A stretch of 64,000 nt of DNA, taken from NCBI RefSeq assembly GCF_009914755.1, contig NC_060929.1; one strand, written 5' to 3'. Both the position numbers and the translations under genes were made by a program. The notes under the pieces are model-generated. The model made no database searches, was not told the origin of the DNA, and worked only from the letters and a program-made list of their open reading frames with translations. Each line of letters begins with the position of its first letter. Position 1 is the stretch's first letter. This DNA comes from the human T2T-CHM13v2.0 reference genome, Homo sapiens. Positions 1-13,880 of the stretch are shown piece by piece.

Positions 1-541
1 CTCCCCACCTCCACACACTACATTTTTTTTAGATTTAAATAGTTTTACTATTTTAAATGATTGCCGTACAATTAGTAGACTTGAAGACAAGTTTTAAATA
101 TTTTTCTTCAAAGGCTTGTTAAACCAATCATGTTAAAAGGAAATTCTTGGTTTTGGTTTGTTGTTGTTAGCATTAGTCATATTTGATTTAGAGGGTAACT
201 TAAATCAGTTATTTTTAGCTTTTTAGAACTTTGATCTGCTAGGGATTGTCAAAATAATCTCCTTGAGGCATCTTTATTTTTAAAATGAGATTAAAGTATG
301 TGATTTGCTTGTTATGTGGCTAATTAGTGGCAAAGCTGGAAGTCATTCCCAGTCTGGACTTTAGTTCTTTGCGCCAAAACATGCTATATTATTTATTTAT
401 TTTTTTGCTTGTCAAAGTTATACTTAATTCTGTTTTATATTTGTATGTGGCATTAATTTGGGTTTGCACATTTTTATTGGACTATTTTAGTTGTGAAGAA
501 GCCTGTTCTAAAGTTTAAGTCACATGACTAGTATGTGGCAG

Positions 542-602
542 TTGACTTAAACTCCAATACTCTTTACTATCATTGACTTAAACTCTGATACTCTTTACTA
601 TA
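542..602. repeat. 31-bp tandem duplication (2 copies)
   Basis: ttgacttaaactccaatactctttactatca followed by ttgacttaaactctgatactctttactata. Confidence 0.95.
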
Positions 603-1279
603 ATTATGGAATTGTGCAAATACCTCCGAGTTTAAAATATTATTTTTATTATTTTTGGTGCACATTCCTAAAAGTTAAGGAAGGAGCCTCAGTAATGGAA
701 TTGCTTCTTGACCTTTTGCAAACCTCAATTTAGCAAAATAATTAGGAACGATCTAATAGTGATGATACAGTTTTTAACTGCTGGATCAGCAACGCCTATT
801 TCAAGTAGTGATACTAACTAAACTTTCGCCGGTCTTTCCTGTGTCTGTGGGCCTTCCTCCTGGTGTGACAGACTTGGGGATTTCTTGTAAACTTCCTAAC
901 TAGTCTGAACCTTTTTATTTCTTATTGGGAACTGACACTTCCCTATACTTTAAAACTCACATATTTATATTTTTGTACATCTATCTCCTAATTCAAAAGT
1001 AATTGAGATTGTCATTTCATTATAATTCCGTGAGTATCTTTAAATTACTATCAAATATGTTACTAAATAATTTAATAAGAATATAGAAATGAAGCCACTG
1101 AGATCCTTAAAGTTGAAACCTGATTGTTATTATATTTTCAGTAAGGATTTGGAGATTTTTGGACATTTTTACTCTCATAATCTATGCAGTACTGAAATGA
1201 GGTCTAATAAATATAACCAATACATGTTAGGCCATAGGTTCTTAAATTTAGCTACCTGTTCACCTCAACTTGAGAGCTC

Positions 1280-1565
1280 TTAAAACCCTCAGTGTCCAGG
1301 TTGCAGCCCAGACTAGTTAAATAACGTTTTATCCCTAGAAATGTTTTTTTTAAAGCTACCCAGATGATTCCAATAGGCGTCAAGGCTAATAGCCACTGAT
1401 TCAGGCCTTGCTATTCAAAAGTATGGTCCGTAAACCAGCAGCATCCCTGAGAGCTTGTTGGAAACTAGAATTCAGGGATCTTTTGTAGACCTACTGAGAC
1501 AGGCGCTACCTGTACCAACATCTCTAGATGATTCCTGTGCATAATAAAATCTGATAAACAAAGGC
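1280..1565. mobile_element. Two adjacent MER5-family (hAT-Charlie) fragments
   Basis: MER5-like motifs aagctacccagatgattc...ccactg and tcaaaagtatggtcc...cagcagcatc...gagcttgtt...agacctactga. Confidence 0.6.
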
Positions 1566-2669
1566 AATAGGTTATTCTTCCTGTGCTGGTAAATCTCTGG
1601 CAGGGGTCCCCAGTCAGGAAAAAGATTTGAGTATTAAGGTCTTTCAAAAAAGTTAACTGGCCATACTCAACTGTCTATAAAACCGCTATAAATTTCTGTT
1701 TTTATGTCTATGAATTATTAAATAAAATTTAACTCATTTTTAAGAAATTACATTTTCTGTTATCAAGAATACAATTCTTACTAGATCATAGGTGAAAATG
1801 TCAATAATGATAGGAGCAAATTAAAAATTCAGATAATTATTTTTGACTTTTCTAGAAGACATAATTATCTCTGGAAAGCATATACAGTAGTCTAATTCCA
1901 ACTGCTACTCATTAAGTATTGGATATGTGATAAAAACTCTATCGATAACTCCAATGTACCTTCTCTAATGTACTGTAAATTTCCATTTCCTATCATGTGC
2001 TTGCAAACAAAGATTTCCTATGCCACTAAACTCAATAAGTGAGAAGCTTGCACATTATTTCATTTTGCTATAGCTACGATACATATCAAATGACAGCTAC
2101 TCCTGGTCCCTCATTTGTATGTTAAATTCCTTGTTAATTTTATGACAAGATTGTTGATCTTGGATTTCACTTTCATTACCGTCTTAGAAACAAATTGGAT
2201 TTTTCTGCTCCCAGATGCCACTAGAGTAGCTTTGTAAAGCTCATTTTTCTTATCTTTACTTAGTTTCTGTCTCTAACTTTAGTTTCCTTTTTCAGCTTCC
2301 CTGACTAATTCTCTTAACCTCCAATTATCTTTAACAGAAGTTACTAATTCTGCAATTCATGTATTCTGGAACTGGAATTATCTTTGTTCCTAAGCAACCA
2401 AGTATACATATGAAACGGTCTGTACATTAATGCCTCATAATAGCAGCTCTTATTTGGGAAAGGGTTATAGTACATTTAAACCATGTGGTTTTCCAAGCAA
2501 GTTAAGACTGGCTATTTGTGTTTAGTGTCAGAATATGTTGAATTAGAAGTTGAAGAGTTTCTAAAGTGATTTTAAGGGCTTGAGGAGAGATGAACCCTTT
2601 TGCTTAGAGCCAGAACTTAGATATGGGGTGTAAATATTTATATTACACTAATCATTAAGAGTAATATAT

Positions 2670-3290
2670 TTAATTTTATCCATTTTTTTAGTGCCTTTTT
2701 TGAACCAGTCACTGGGCTAGATGTGGGGAGGACAAACATGTAAGCAAATCACTGTTAGAAGTAACTTGTACAAAGTGTGTAAAAGGACACAGTGGTGAAA
2801 GGGGTGACTTTTAGGAGAAACTTTATAGAGCAAGGACCAGTAAGTTTACCTAAAAGGGGAAGAAGAAATATGGAGAAATTAAGTGGGAAGATGGGGAGGG
2901 GAAGTGTGCTAATCACCTAAGAACCTCCGTGCTACAAGAAGGAGTTTGGGTTTGACCATTAGGAGAAACAATTACAAAGCTGAAGCAGCATGCTAAACTG
3001 CATTTCACAAATACCACTTTGGCAGCATCAAGGATCGATTGGAGGAGGCAAGACTGGAGGCAGGAAGACTGGTTAAAAAAATGCATATTAGGAAGATACG
3101 AGAGAAAAATGATAATGGCCTTATCAAAGGCAACAATAATGTTCCTTGCAATAGGAATGAACAGAAGTCAACAGGAAATATTAAGAGATGGGATCAAAAG
3201 GACATGACTGCAGATTGCTGTTTAGAGTTATGGAAAAAAGTAGAATCCAAAGGTAAATCTCAGATTTCTTGAGTGGTGGGAGAGATGATG
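2670..3290 (-). mobile_element. L2 LINE relic
   Basis: L2-like purine-rich segments such as ggaggcaagactggaggcaggaagactggtta and cactgggctagatgtgggga. Confidence 0.55.
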
Positions 3291-3470
3291 ACACAAAATG
3301 TAACTTTAAAAATGGTAATTAAAAAAAAATGTTTTATGCAGTGGTGGTTAAATTTACTAAAAGATTTTTTCAGGATTCCCATAGTGCAGGAATTAGCAAG
3401 CTATATCTCATTCAGGCCAATCAGTTACTGCTAGCGGACCCCATGGCCTTGTGCTCCCCATCTTAACATA

Positions 3471-3508
3471 GTATCTCTGATTTGTCTCACCAGACAAATC
3501 AGAGATAC
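3471..3508. repeat. Perfect 17-bp inverted repeat with 4-nt spacer
   Basis: gtatctctgatttgtct-cacc-agacaaatcagagatac; the arms are exact reverse complements. Confidence 0.97.
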
Positions 3509-6353
3509 ACTTCCCCTTTTATTCCGTGAGGAACCACAAGAGTCTGAACTGTGGCATCAATTTTGCAGTTGGATTTACATCTTTCTTAATGATTTGAAAA
3601 TAATTTGTTTCAAAAATTGATTTTGACCAGCACACAATTTTGCTGGTATATCATGTTTAAGTAAATGAATTCTCCAGCAGTGAAGCACAACTAAAGTGAA
3701 GAGCTGAAGAGCAACTTAAGAAAGAACAATTAATTCCAATAAAGTTGGTAAAATGCTCAGTAAAATAATTTTCTTCCAATGGATGTCAGCATATTTAAAC
3801 TTTGTGGTGTGATTCAGTTTATATACTCTAAGAGATTCAGTATTTTAGAAAAGTGCTCTTCAAGATTTTCCTAATGTATTATATGTATCTCTCATGAATT
3901 GAATTGATTTAGAAATTTAGTGTAAGTGTTACACACAGCCAACATGATTTATAAAGGATCTAGGATGCAATTATAATATTTTTGTGAATCAATTATGCCT
4001 TTTTAGGAAAAGATTTAGAAGTTAAAAATGCAGCTAATGAAGCTGTTAGAAAATAAAACCTGTATTAGTAGTCTTGGATTTAACAAGGAGAACAATCAGG
4101 AGTTGCTAAATATGGTCATCAAGTAGTAAACTTCACGTAGAAATAAAAAAATTGACCAAGTTCAGTAAAGAGATATTTATTTAGGTTAAAAATACCATTC
4201 AAAAACATTGGGAGAAGGTATTTATTAATGGAGATACCTTCTTCAGTGGCGATGATAAAGTCTCATTCATTGTTTTTCTTTATATAGTAAGAATTAGTCC
4301 TTTTTAGGAAGTGTGTGATATATATCACCATCTGTATTCTCATCCACATGTTACACTATTATTTCTAAATTTCCAAGAATAATCTGTAAAATAACTATTT
4401 TGCAGTATTTAATATCTCTATTTTCAGTAACATGTTATTATATTGTGTTGAGATAAATAACACTGATTAATAAATTGGAATATTATGAATGTTTTAATTT
4501 AAATTGAGAAACGAATGAGTTTCTGTAAGGACAAACACCTTTGTGTGTAGTATTATAGTTGCATACAAATTTGAGGCTACAGTGTTTGCTTTTTACAATG
4601 AATATTTTAACTCTATAATAATTGACATTGATATGGGAAGGTCTTAAATTTTCAGATTTCAGTGCTAAGGATGATAACATTTATGATAAATTGTGGAGAC
4701 TTGGATATCAGTCTTCTTTTAAATTTCCTTTCTTTATTTCCTAAAATTGCCTACATTAAAACCCCATTCTTTAGAATGTTAGTTCAATGGAAGTGCCTTT
4801 TTCTATAATGTCAGAGATTTAAGGAATTTAAAGCTTATTTCTATTTGGGTGCCACATTTGTTTTCAAAACACCCAATACTGAGGCAAGAGCAGTATTTGC
4901 CAAGTAGCAAATACAAGAGCAAAATGTTTTGGCAGTCATATTGCCTGGCTTTGCCCAGGGTTGGTACCACTGTCCCCACTCCAGGAATGGACGACCTGTT
5001 ATAACAAAAGTAACTGTGTGTTTATTAAGTGTCAGGTCTTATGGTAAGTGCTTTAAAATGCATTAGTCTTTCAAGAACCCAGTCAGAAGGGTTTTGTCAT
5101 TACTATTTTCTGATGCAAAAAAAAATGAAATTAAAGAAGATTAAATAATTTATCCAAAATAACAGTTAGTGGGTGTGATGAGGTGCTCCCTCAGCTATCA
5201 CCCTAAAAAATCTAAGAATGCCAGTTCTTCTCAGCTTTCAGTTTGGAGTAGGCAAACATGTATCTAAAAAAAAAAATAAATTATTTGATGACACTAAATT
5301 TTATATAATCAGCCAAAGTTTATGCAATCATTTTTAATGTTTTTATTCTATTATTTTGTCATCTCATGAAAAATCAGGAACTCAATTCTGTGGTCCTCTA
5401 ATCTACCTGGATCATAGTGGAGAATTAGAAAGCAGAGAAAATGTGGCAAATCTATGTATTAAAGCAATCCCCTCAAGCATTATCCAGCATTCATTTATTG
5501 TTATTTCACACCTAGTTTCAGCAAGCTTTTTTTGTTGCTTAATTTTAAACCTACAATTAAGTCATGCACTATTACAATAAACTTTTTTTTAATGACTCAC
5601 CTTAAGTAGCTAGAACTATGCTACCCCTGGGTATGCAAGGATGAATTAAGACAGTTTTCCCTGCCTTTAATCTAGAAATTAGATATCAGCAGGAGATGAC
5701 CACAAGTGGCCAAGTTGACAGAATTGACAGCAGTTAAAAGTGACAGCTGATAGTGGGAGTGGATTCTGAAACACTGTCAAAAGAAAAAAAGCCTAGAGTA
5801 TTATAGAGTATTTCACTGGGACTTGAGGATGTTACTGAGGACAATACCAGTACCTGGTATTCACACTGAGGAAAAGATTAAATTACATTCAGTGTATTCT
5901 GTTAAAGAAGTCAAATAAATGTAATGTCTTTCAATGATTTTCATCCAAAAATAGTGGTACTTTAAAAAATCTTTAGCTGTCATACCTAGAATGACTGTTC
6001 CAGATAACCAGAGTTTTACTATGCCTTAATAGTCTCAGTAATAAAACTCAAATAATTGTTGAAGGATGAATTTTTGTTAAGGAAAAAAATCCCAATAGAT
6101 TTTAGTTGTACAATTTATTCAGAGATAGGAGGTCCTTCTGAGTTCAAGTCTACGTTCCAGAAGTTTTATGTCTGGAATTTTTCATCAAGTCCTAGTGTAA
6201 ACATTGACTAGAACTTTTTGTTTGACACCATTGTGAAAAATTGCTCTGTGGATAGAAAACATTTTAATCTTGTGTTTCAGCTCATTTGATCTGATGACCA
6301 TAATTTATAGTTTATTTTTCCTCCCCAAGTGTGTTGTTGACTATGGTATAATT

Positions 6354-6408
6354 CTTTTTTTCTTTTTCTTTCTTTCTTTCTTTCTTTTTTTTTTTTTTTT
6401 TTTTTTTT
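6354..6408. repeat. (CTTT)n / poly(T) simple repeat
   Basis: Read directly from the sequence. Confidence 0.9.
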
Positions 6409-7213
6409 GTTTGATGAGTTTGAAGAGGAAGCTTAAAATACATTTCAGTACATGGCTCTGAATCACTTAAAATCATAAGAGGTTAAAGCTGTAAGGAACT
6501 TTATATATCATCGGACCTAGTTCCTTCATGTTACAGATTTAAGCCAGCCCAGAGAGGGTTGGTAACTTGCTCAAAAACAATAGGAGTTTTTCACAGGGTC
6601 CACATTCCTGTTTGATATATCTGATTCCAATGTCACCTACTTTTTGTCACCTATTCATATTGAGTCATTTGGGGTAGAGGAACAAGGAACAATGCAGGAT
6701 TCAAAAATGCCTTAAACCCTCCTTATTTATCAAATTATCATCTTGTGGCAAGGCAGTTTTTCTCTGAGCAGCATTGCTGAGACTCAAACTCAGTTTTGAA
6801 GTCTTGTTCATTCCTTGGAGGAGTATTTATATTTCCCTATAGGGAACTCTTCCTGCCTTTCTTCTTCTGAGAACCATTTCATTTTTCTGAAAATCATGTA
6901 CTAAGTACCTACTATGTGACAGGGACTCTAATAGCCCCCAGTGATCAGAAGTAAAGAAAGATCACAGTCTCTTCCTTGCAAAAAAACACAGTCTACAATG
7001 GGGAACGAATGGTAAAGCAGTAGTAATAGCAGTGCAATCTGGCACAGGAACATGGGAGCTCAGAGGGCTAACTCAGCCTGGCTTTAGTGAGGAGGTATTC
7101 CCAGAGTTTAAACTGGCAAGTTCCAGAAGCCCACACTGATCTTCCATTAGTTTCTAGAGAGATCAGGTGAAGGGACCTGAGAGCATTCCTCTTTTAAGGC
7201 CTCTCAACTTTAC

Positions 7214-7514
7214 TTTTTTTTTTTTTTTTTTTTGGAGACAAGAGTCTTGCTCTATACCCCAGGCTGGAGTGCAGTGGCCTGATCTTGGCTCACTGCCCCT
7301 CTGCCTCCTGGGTTCAAGCAATTCTCGTGCCTCACCCTCCCCAGTAGCTGGGGATTACAGGTGCGTGCCACCACACCCAGCTAATTGTCATATTTTTAGT
7401 AGAGACGGGGTTTCACCATGTTGGCCAGGTTGGTCTCAAACTCCTGACCTCAAGTGATCTGCCCATCTTGTCCTCCCCAAGTGGGATTACAGGCGTGAGT
7501 CACTGCACCTGGCC
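7214..7514 (-). mobile_element. Alu (S-like)
   Basis: Poly(T) plus dimeric Alu ending ggcc; flanking ctcaactt(t/c)actt TSD. Confidence 0.97.
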
Positions 7515-9579
7515 TCAACTTCACTTTGGTAATATTTTTCTTCTACAGAGTGGTCTCTGTAATCCCTGATCTCTCTAAATGTTAAATATTTACTGTGGAG
7601 TCAACAAACCTGAGAGGAGACATCATGGAGAAGGAGATTCCATTACCTCCTACCCTCATAAGAAAATGAAAATCAAATACAGACCAGGGACCATGACTGA
7701 AAGGACTCTGAAAGATTGTGGAACCTTTGTATAATAGTATCCATGTTTTGTTGTCTCCTCTGCATTTCTTACATGACTAAGCACTGACTGGTTAAACCAG
7801 AAAAGGAAGCTTAGCTTCTTTCGTTTTTAGGACAGCAAAGATGGGGATGGTGACAGGGGAGTTTGAGACATTCTGTCCCTTTCCATAGCCATTCCTGGAA
7901 GAAAGAATGTCCAGGATTAACTGGTTGGTGGCACAGCCACCTCAGGGAAAGGGAAACTGACCCCTGGGGACTGAAGTCAGGAATAAAGAAGTGACAAGGA
8001 GCTAGCTGGGGCCTGGGGAAGGCCCTGGGGCTGGACACTAGAAAGACCCACCGGGGTCTTTTCTATTTTTATATTCAACATTTTATCTTTCGTTGTAAAA
8101 CTCAGGAAAACACCTTTAACAAACAAAAATAACTTCTCTCTTAAGTTGTTCATTTTACTAAATGGCCAACATGGATTGGATATGGTAGAAGGAAAGAACA
8201 TTTTCTGCAGAAGGGAGAAAAAAACCACAATCTATTTTATGAGGAGGAATGAACTCTGGGAATAGTTCTCTGACCCTTTGTGTGTCAGTGTGTTCTCAGC
8301 CTGAACTGGAAGAAAATGGGATGGCATGTGGAATGTGGGAAAGTGCGAAGACTGATGCAAAATTCACTATCTGCCTCATTAAATACACTAGTAGGTTTTC
8401 AAGAGAATGAGTCTGTTATCACCACAGTAAATTTCTCACTCTGGGCCTAACTCCTTATCTAAAACTTAATAGAGCTTAATAAGTGTTCAAATTTTTCCTG
8501 TCTTTCTGGGAATCATTTTCACCTTTATCTCTGATCCTGTACTTTCCCTAGGTCAGAGTAAAATATAATGGGAAACGGGCAAGTAGGTAGGAAATGTGGA
8601 GAAGGTCAAGGCCTTTTTATAATGGTTCATTGTAAATTTAAAATTCTTAGATATGTATTTCATACAGATTCACATATGTTCTTCTGGATGAATTAGAAAT
8701 TTTAATTGTGAGGATCAATAAAGTAGCGCAACCAGCTTTCACATTTGTATGAAATTTAGGACTTTGCAAAGGATGTTGCACACCAAAAATTACAAAATAA
8801 TTCAACGATTATTTGCTACAGTTACCAAAGATTATAATATTAACATTTGCAAGAACATTGCATTTGTGAATAACCAAGTATGATACAAGGAAGAAATCAT
8901 CCATGTCATTCTCAGAGGATATGGTGTAAGAACTGGCCCATGACTCATGACACCAGGCCCTGCCACTAGGTTGTGTGACTTGAGGAAATAATTTCATCTT
9001 TTTGAGAGTTGGTTTCTTCATCTGCAGAATGAGCAAAGAAGGGTGGCTCTTGACTTCATAATCTCTCTTGCAGATATCTGATTCTACTTGGTGCAGTAAC
9101 AATAATTGCTTGTTATTTTTGCGATCATGTCTTTCCAGTAAAATAAATCTTTAGTGACTCTCAGGTTTAAAAAGAATCTTTTTTGCACCCTATTTTAAAA
9201 GCTGCCAGATTTGGGGTTTGGCTGACTACTAAGGAGAGCAGCCTGCTAGAAGGAGCAAATTCCAGAGCTGAGGGTCATTTATTTGGAATGCTTTGCCAAA
9301 CACTCCCCTATTTTTAAAGTTGTTGGGGGACTTTAAACTTGAATATAGGGTGGTAGGACAATTGTTTGAACCACTCTGTAAATACGTGCATGAAAATCTT
9401 GAGGTTTACAAATATTTTTTAATAGTTTGCCACATTTCAATGGCATGTCAAGTTGCAGGGTCCTGCCACTTTTCTTCTTGTTATTTTCCTCTTCTATCAA
9501 CTTTGCTCACTCTCCCAAAGAAATAGGCAATGAGAAAAAACAGGTCTTAATTTTTACTGGAATGCTCTTTCCATTTGGC

Positions 9580-9740
9580 TAGAGGTTTCTCAAACCAGGC
9601 GGCACCAATCACCTAGGGAGTTTTAAAATCATGGTGATGCCTGAGCCCTACCTCAACTAAGTCAGAATATTTGGGAAAGGAGCCCAGGCATCTGTACATT
9701 TTAAAAGCTCCTCAGGTGCTTCTTATCTGCAGCCAGGTTA
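9580..9740. mobile_element. MER5A/B (hAT-Charlie)
   Basis: aggtttctcaaac...atcacctagggag...gagcccaggcatctgtacattttaaaagctcctcaggtg. Confidence 0.7.
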
Positions 9741-10269
9741 AACCAGGAGTGTCATCACTGAGTAGGACTATTAGCTTTAATGTGTCCTGTGACCACAATA
9801 CCAATCAGCTCTCTGGTTAAGAAAAGAGATGAACATAGACATTCTGAAAAGGCAACTTTATAAAGTTGAGGGGAATGTATTTCTTTAGCTTTAATGCCTC
9901 ACTGTGGGATTTGTCTATACATTTATGTATTTTTAAATTACTATCATAAATTCACAATTAGTACCAAAACCGATCAATTTGTGAATATTTATTGATGCCA
10001 TTTACATGCATATGTGTTGCTAAATACAATGGGAGGGGGCCTACAGAAAGGTAGAGAACCCAGATCCCACCCACTTCTTGAAGCTTATAATCATTTTGGG
10101 GTGCAAGGATTGTGTAAAACAAGACACAAAAATCACACATGTTACAGAAATTAAAAGCTAATATCACTGAGAACAGGAAGACATTACAATTGGCTAGAAT
10201 CACCTCAGGAGATGGTACTTGGATCTGGGCACCCTTTGAATGTTTTTCACTTATCCGGTAGGTAAGGAC

Positions 10270-10470
10270 ATTAGCTCTGGACTACAAAATCTTGGATCTC
10301 CCACAGGTGAGCTCTGTGACCTTGAGCAAGTAATGTTACCTTTATGATTCTCAAACTTAGCTTTGTGAGCTTCAATTTGTAAAATGGAAAAAATGATAAA
10401 ACTGCTCTCATAGAGTTGCAAGGAATAAATGATATGATGTAAGCAAAATACCTGAAAATTCCTAAGAGCG
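10270..10470 (+). mobile_element. MIR SINE
   Basis: MIR core ctgtgaccttgagcaagt...tgtaaaatggaaaaaatgataaaactgctctcatagagttg. Confidence 0.65.
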
Positions 10471-11832
10471 CAATTTAAGTTCATTTTGTTCCTTCTTATC
10501 GCTTTTTTTTTTTTTTTTTTTTTTTTTTGCCAAATACACCACTTGGGCAACAGATCAGCCATGGAAATATGATGCAGAAGATCTGCCTCATGCCTGTTCC
10601 TAACATAAATCTCTCTCTACCAAAGCTGTCTGAGATTGTGTTCAAACCAGAACAAGTGGACCCACTCAGTCCAGAGTTACCCTCAACATGAGACAGGCTA
10701 CCCAGCTGGTTCTCTGTCTTTATAATATTTTTATTTCTTTAAATTTGATGAAAGACCCACTTTTGTGAGTTTTACACACAAATGAAGAGGAGTACAGAAG
10801 AGCACATTTCAATTGTAATGTTCATGCCAGGAATAGTAACCTCTTCAAGGATACCACTGAGTGCACACAGAATGCTGGGAGGTCCTGACTCTGCTTATGG
10901 AAACCACAGAAACTCATCCCTGAAACTGGTTCTATAGCAGCCATGACCCTCATTAAACTTCCAATCAAGTAAAATTAATATTAGTTATTAGGTTAGATGT
11001 TAAGTATTGTCTTTGCCTCCATTTAATCATCTTACTTCCTATGGTACCTGTTAATTATGATTTGAATCTCCTTAACTGCTCAGCCTGGGTGTTTCAGCCA
11101 TATATAAGTCATAAACAGACTACAGTTATCTTACTATTTCTCAGTTACTTGCAAACAACAGGAACCAAGTCTGATAATACAAGAAATGAAGAAATTTTCT
11201 GGAAGAAGGCAAAGAGGCTCAGATAGGAACAAAGAGGGGAGGCACAGTCAGAACCCTGCTATAGAAATCACCTGTGTAAGGCAATGCAGCTGATGGAATA
11301 GCCACCCCCAGACAACCATCACCAATACACTGGGGCTTCTGAGAGACTCAACCAGAGCTTCTGAGAATAATCTCTGAGTGTGAAAATCAGATTGGCTATT
11401 GAAAGGTCACATGCCCACATTCTATGAACCAGGAGCAGGATAACGGACTATTCTATATGCCTACATCTCCTCCTCTCATTCACATCTCCTATGTACCTTC
11501 CCCAACCAGGAGGAATTTGTGGATTCTAGGTAGCCAAAACAAAAGAAAATATTCACTAACCATTTTAAAGAAGTTGAAGTAAGAGAACTAACATTTACCA
11601 AATACCTTGCAAAGCCAGCCATTGCATTGGTATTAGGGGAACTGGTAGACTGTGCTGTTATTAGTACCTTGCAGTCAGACTGGCATTGTTCAAATCCCAG
11701 CTCAGCCACTTGCTGGAAGAAACAATGGTCATGCTGAGCCTGGACTGGCAGGACTCCAGATCCTGATGACATATCACTGTTTTATGTAGCCCTGTTGGAC
11801 TGATTTCACTTCTTTTTAGTCTCAGGATTTAA

Positions 11833-12142
<310 letters not shown>

Positions 12143-13689
12143 CACAATGAGTTTTTAACACTTACTGTTCCTCATCAGAGATGCCAATTTGTTAGGAAAA
12201 CAAAGTGCATCCCTTTCAGGCTTCATATCTGCTTAGAAAAAAGCACAATCCTATAAATTACCTAATCATATAAATTAGTTGAGTAATACAAAATTATTTT
12301 TCCTTTTATCTGACTTTTTTTTCTGAATAAATTACCTTAAACCTGGCTTCAGTTTGCTCATAAGCTCCTGATATTTGAACAGGTATCTGCCCAACAATCA
12401 GAGAGAATTAGTCCTCTGCACCTTCTGAGAGGTATTAAAAAAAAAGGGGGGGAAAGAAAAAGAATCAGTCCAATTGGTAGATTTTAAATGGCTCATTTAA
12501 ATACTACAAGTTTATCAGTCTCTAAATTTTCAGCCTAGGAAAATTTCAACCAGGAATTTGATATTAGTCCTGATGCATCACGGAAGTACGGAAACTCAGT
12601 TTCTACAGACCCAGGGCTTCCTGGGGTTACCTCAGGCCACTTATATCTCTTATCTGTGCTTTTCCTTAGCTGACATTTGGTTCTAGAATGAAATGGAAGT
12701 CAGGAAAGAGGAAAATGATGATGTACTTCCCCACTCCCAACACACACTTGTCTTTAGCCTAAACATTGTTTTCCAATCCAGCTGTCAAACTTCAAGTATG
12801 GAAGAGGAGGAGAAAAATCAGCTAGCAAATATATCCAGATTTCCTGCTGGGCACCAAGTGCTAAGCAGGGTAGGCCAAAAACATTTAATCAAAAAAACAA
12901 GATCCACCACGGTTTTTACTCTCCTAAAGTAAAATATAAATTTGGAGGTGAGCCAAAGTTAAAAATATAAAAATATAGCCAGTGTTTCTCTCCTACTTTC
13001 CTAGGGTTGCTAGGTTTTGGGAGCCTGGGATGGGGGAAAACAGTAGAGGAGACATACTTATTATAAAACATTCAAAATAGTGAATGGGACATACTTATTC
13101 TAAAAATTTACTTGCTGTTTATCTGAAATTCAAATGTAACTGAGTATCTAGCAACCCTACATCCTGATATTCAACTTTCCTACTCCCCTGGCCATGACTG
13201 GCTTGGGCAGGAGAGATCTTTGCCTGGGTAGATGTTGGGAGGAGCCTGGTGAATGTATTCCTTCCCAGGATTGGTCTTGGCTCTAGTTCTGGAGCCTCTG
13301 TTGGAAGAATGGAGAAGGGCTCCATTCCAAAAAATGGAATAGGGATCTCCTTCCCTATGTTTGGAAAACACTGGTCTAAGGCTTTCAACAATAGCCTTGA
13401 ATATCAATGAATGTCTACTTAGCAATCATCTTTTCCAGATGATTCTTATGTCTTAAAATAATGTTACTTCAAGAAGGTGCCTAATTGTAAGACATCCTTA
13501 CAGTAATAGTAGTTGGGTTGTGATGCAATTTGATAATGTGAGATTCTCTTAGAAAATAAAATTAGTAATAAATAACTACAGCTGAGTTTATAATCGTAAT
13601 AAATTAAGGTAGCTTAATTTAAAATGTATAACTAAACAAAAACTAAGTCACAAAAACTCCTTGATGACGTGAATAACATACAGCAGGGA

Positions 13690-13880
13690 GACAGTAGTAA
13701 GTAGTGGCTAAGGGGAAAGGCTGTGGAATTACACCACCTGAGTCTAATATCTAACACTGATTATTGAGGTGACTTACTGAAGTTTCCTCACCTGCAAACT
13801 AAGTTACAACCTATTGTGTTTTTTTAATTGATTGAGATTATTAACACTTTTTATAATGCCTGGTCCAGAGTAATGCTCCA
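13690..13880 (+). mobile_element. MIR SINE
   Basis: gtagtggctaag...agtttcctcacctgcaaa...taatgcctgg. Confidence 0.55.

Larger units (their letters stand above)
1..1750 (+). other. PELO: Probable distal 3' UTR / polyadenylation region of PELO (nested in ITGA1 intron 1)
   Basis: AU-rich sequence with ATTAAA at 290-295 followed by a GT-rich tract, and overlapping ATTAAA/AATAAA at 1717-1726. The PELO assignment is from recalled locus organisation. No PELO coding sequence is in the window. Confidence 0.5.

Noticed and set aside
542-602. CRISPR-like ~30-bp direct repeats
   Set aside because: Only two abutting copies with no spacer, in primate DNA with no cas genes.
4211-4244. About 13-bp RNA hairpin with G-U pairs
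   Set aside because: Only 9 contiguous Watson-Crick pairs, within chance expectation.
10503-10528. Isolated T26 tract as an orphan retrocopy tail
   Set aside because: No TSD, poly(A) signal or identifiable body; treated as a simple homopolymer.
11715-11805. About 70-bp segment within a MIR with TGATGA and CTGA (C/D snoRNA-like)
   Set aside because: The boxes are only about 30 nt apart, there is no terminal stem around them and no recognisable rRNA guide.
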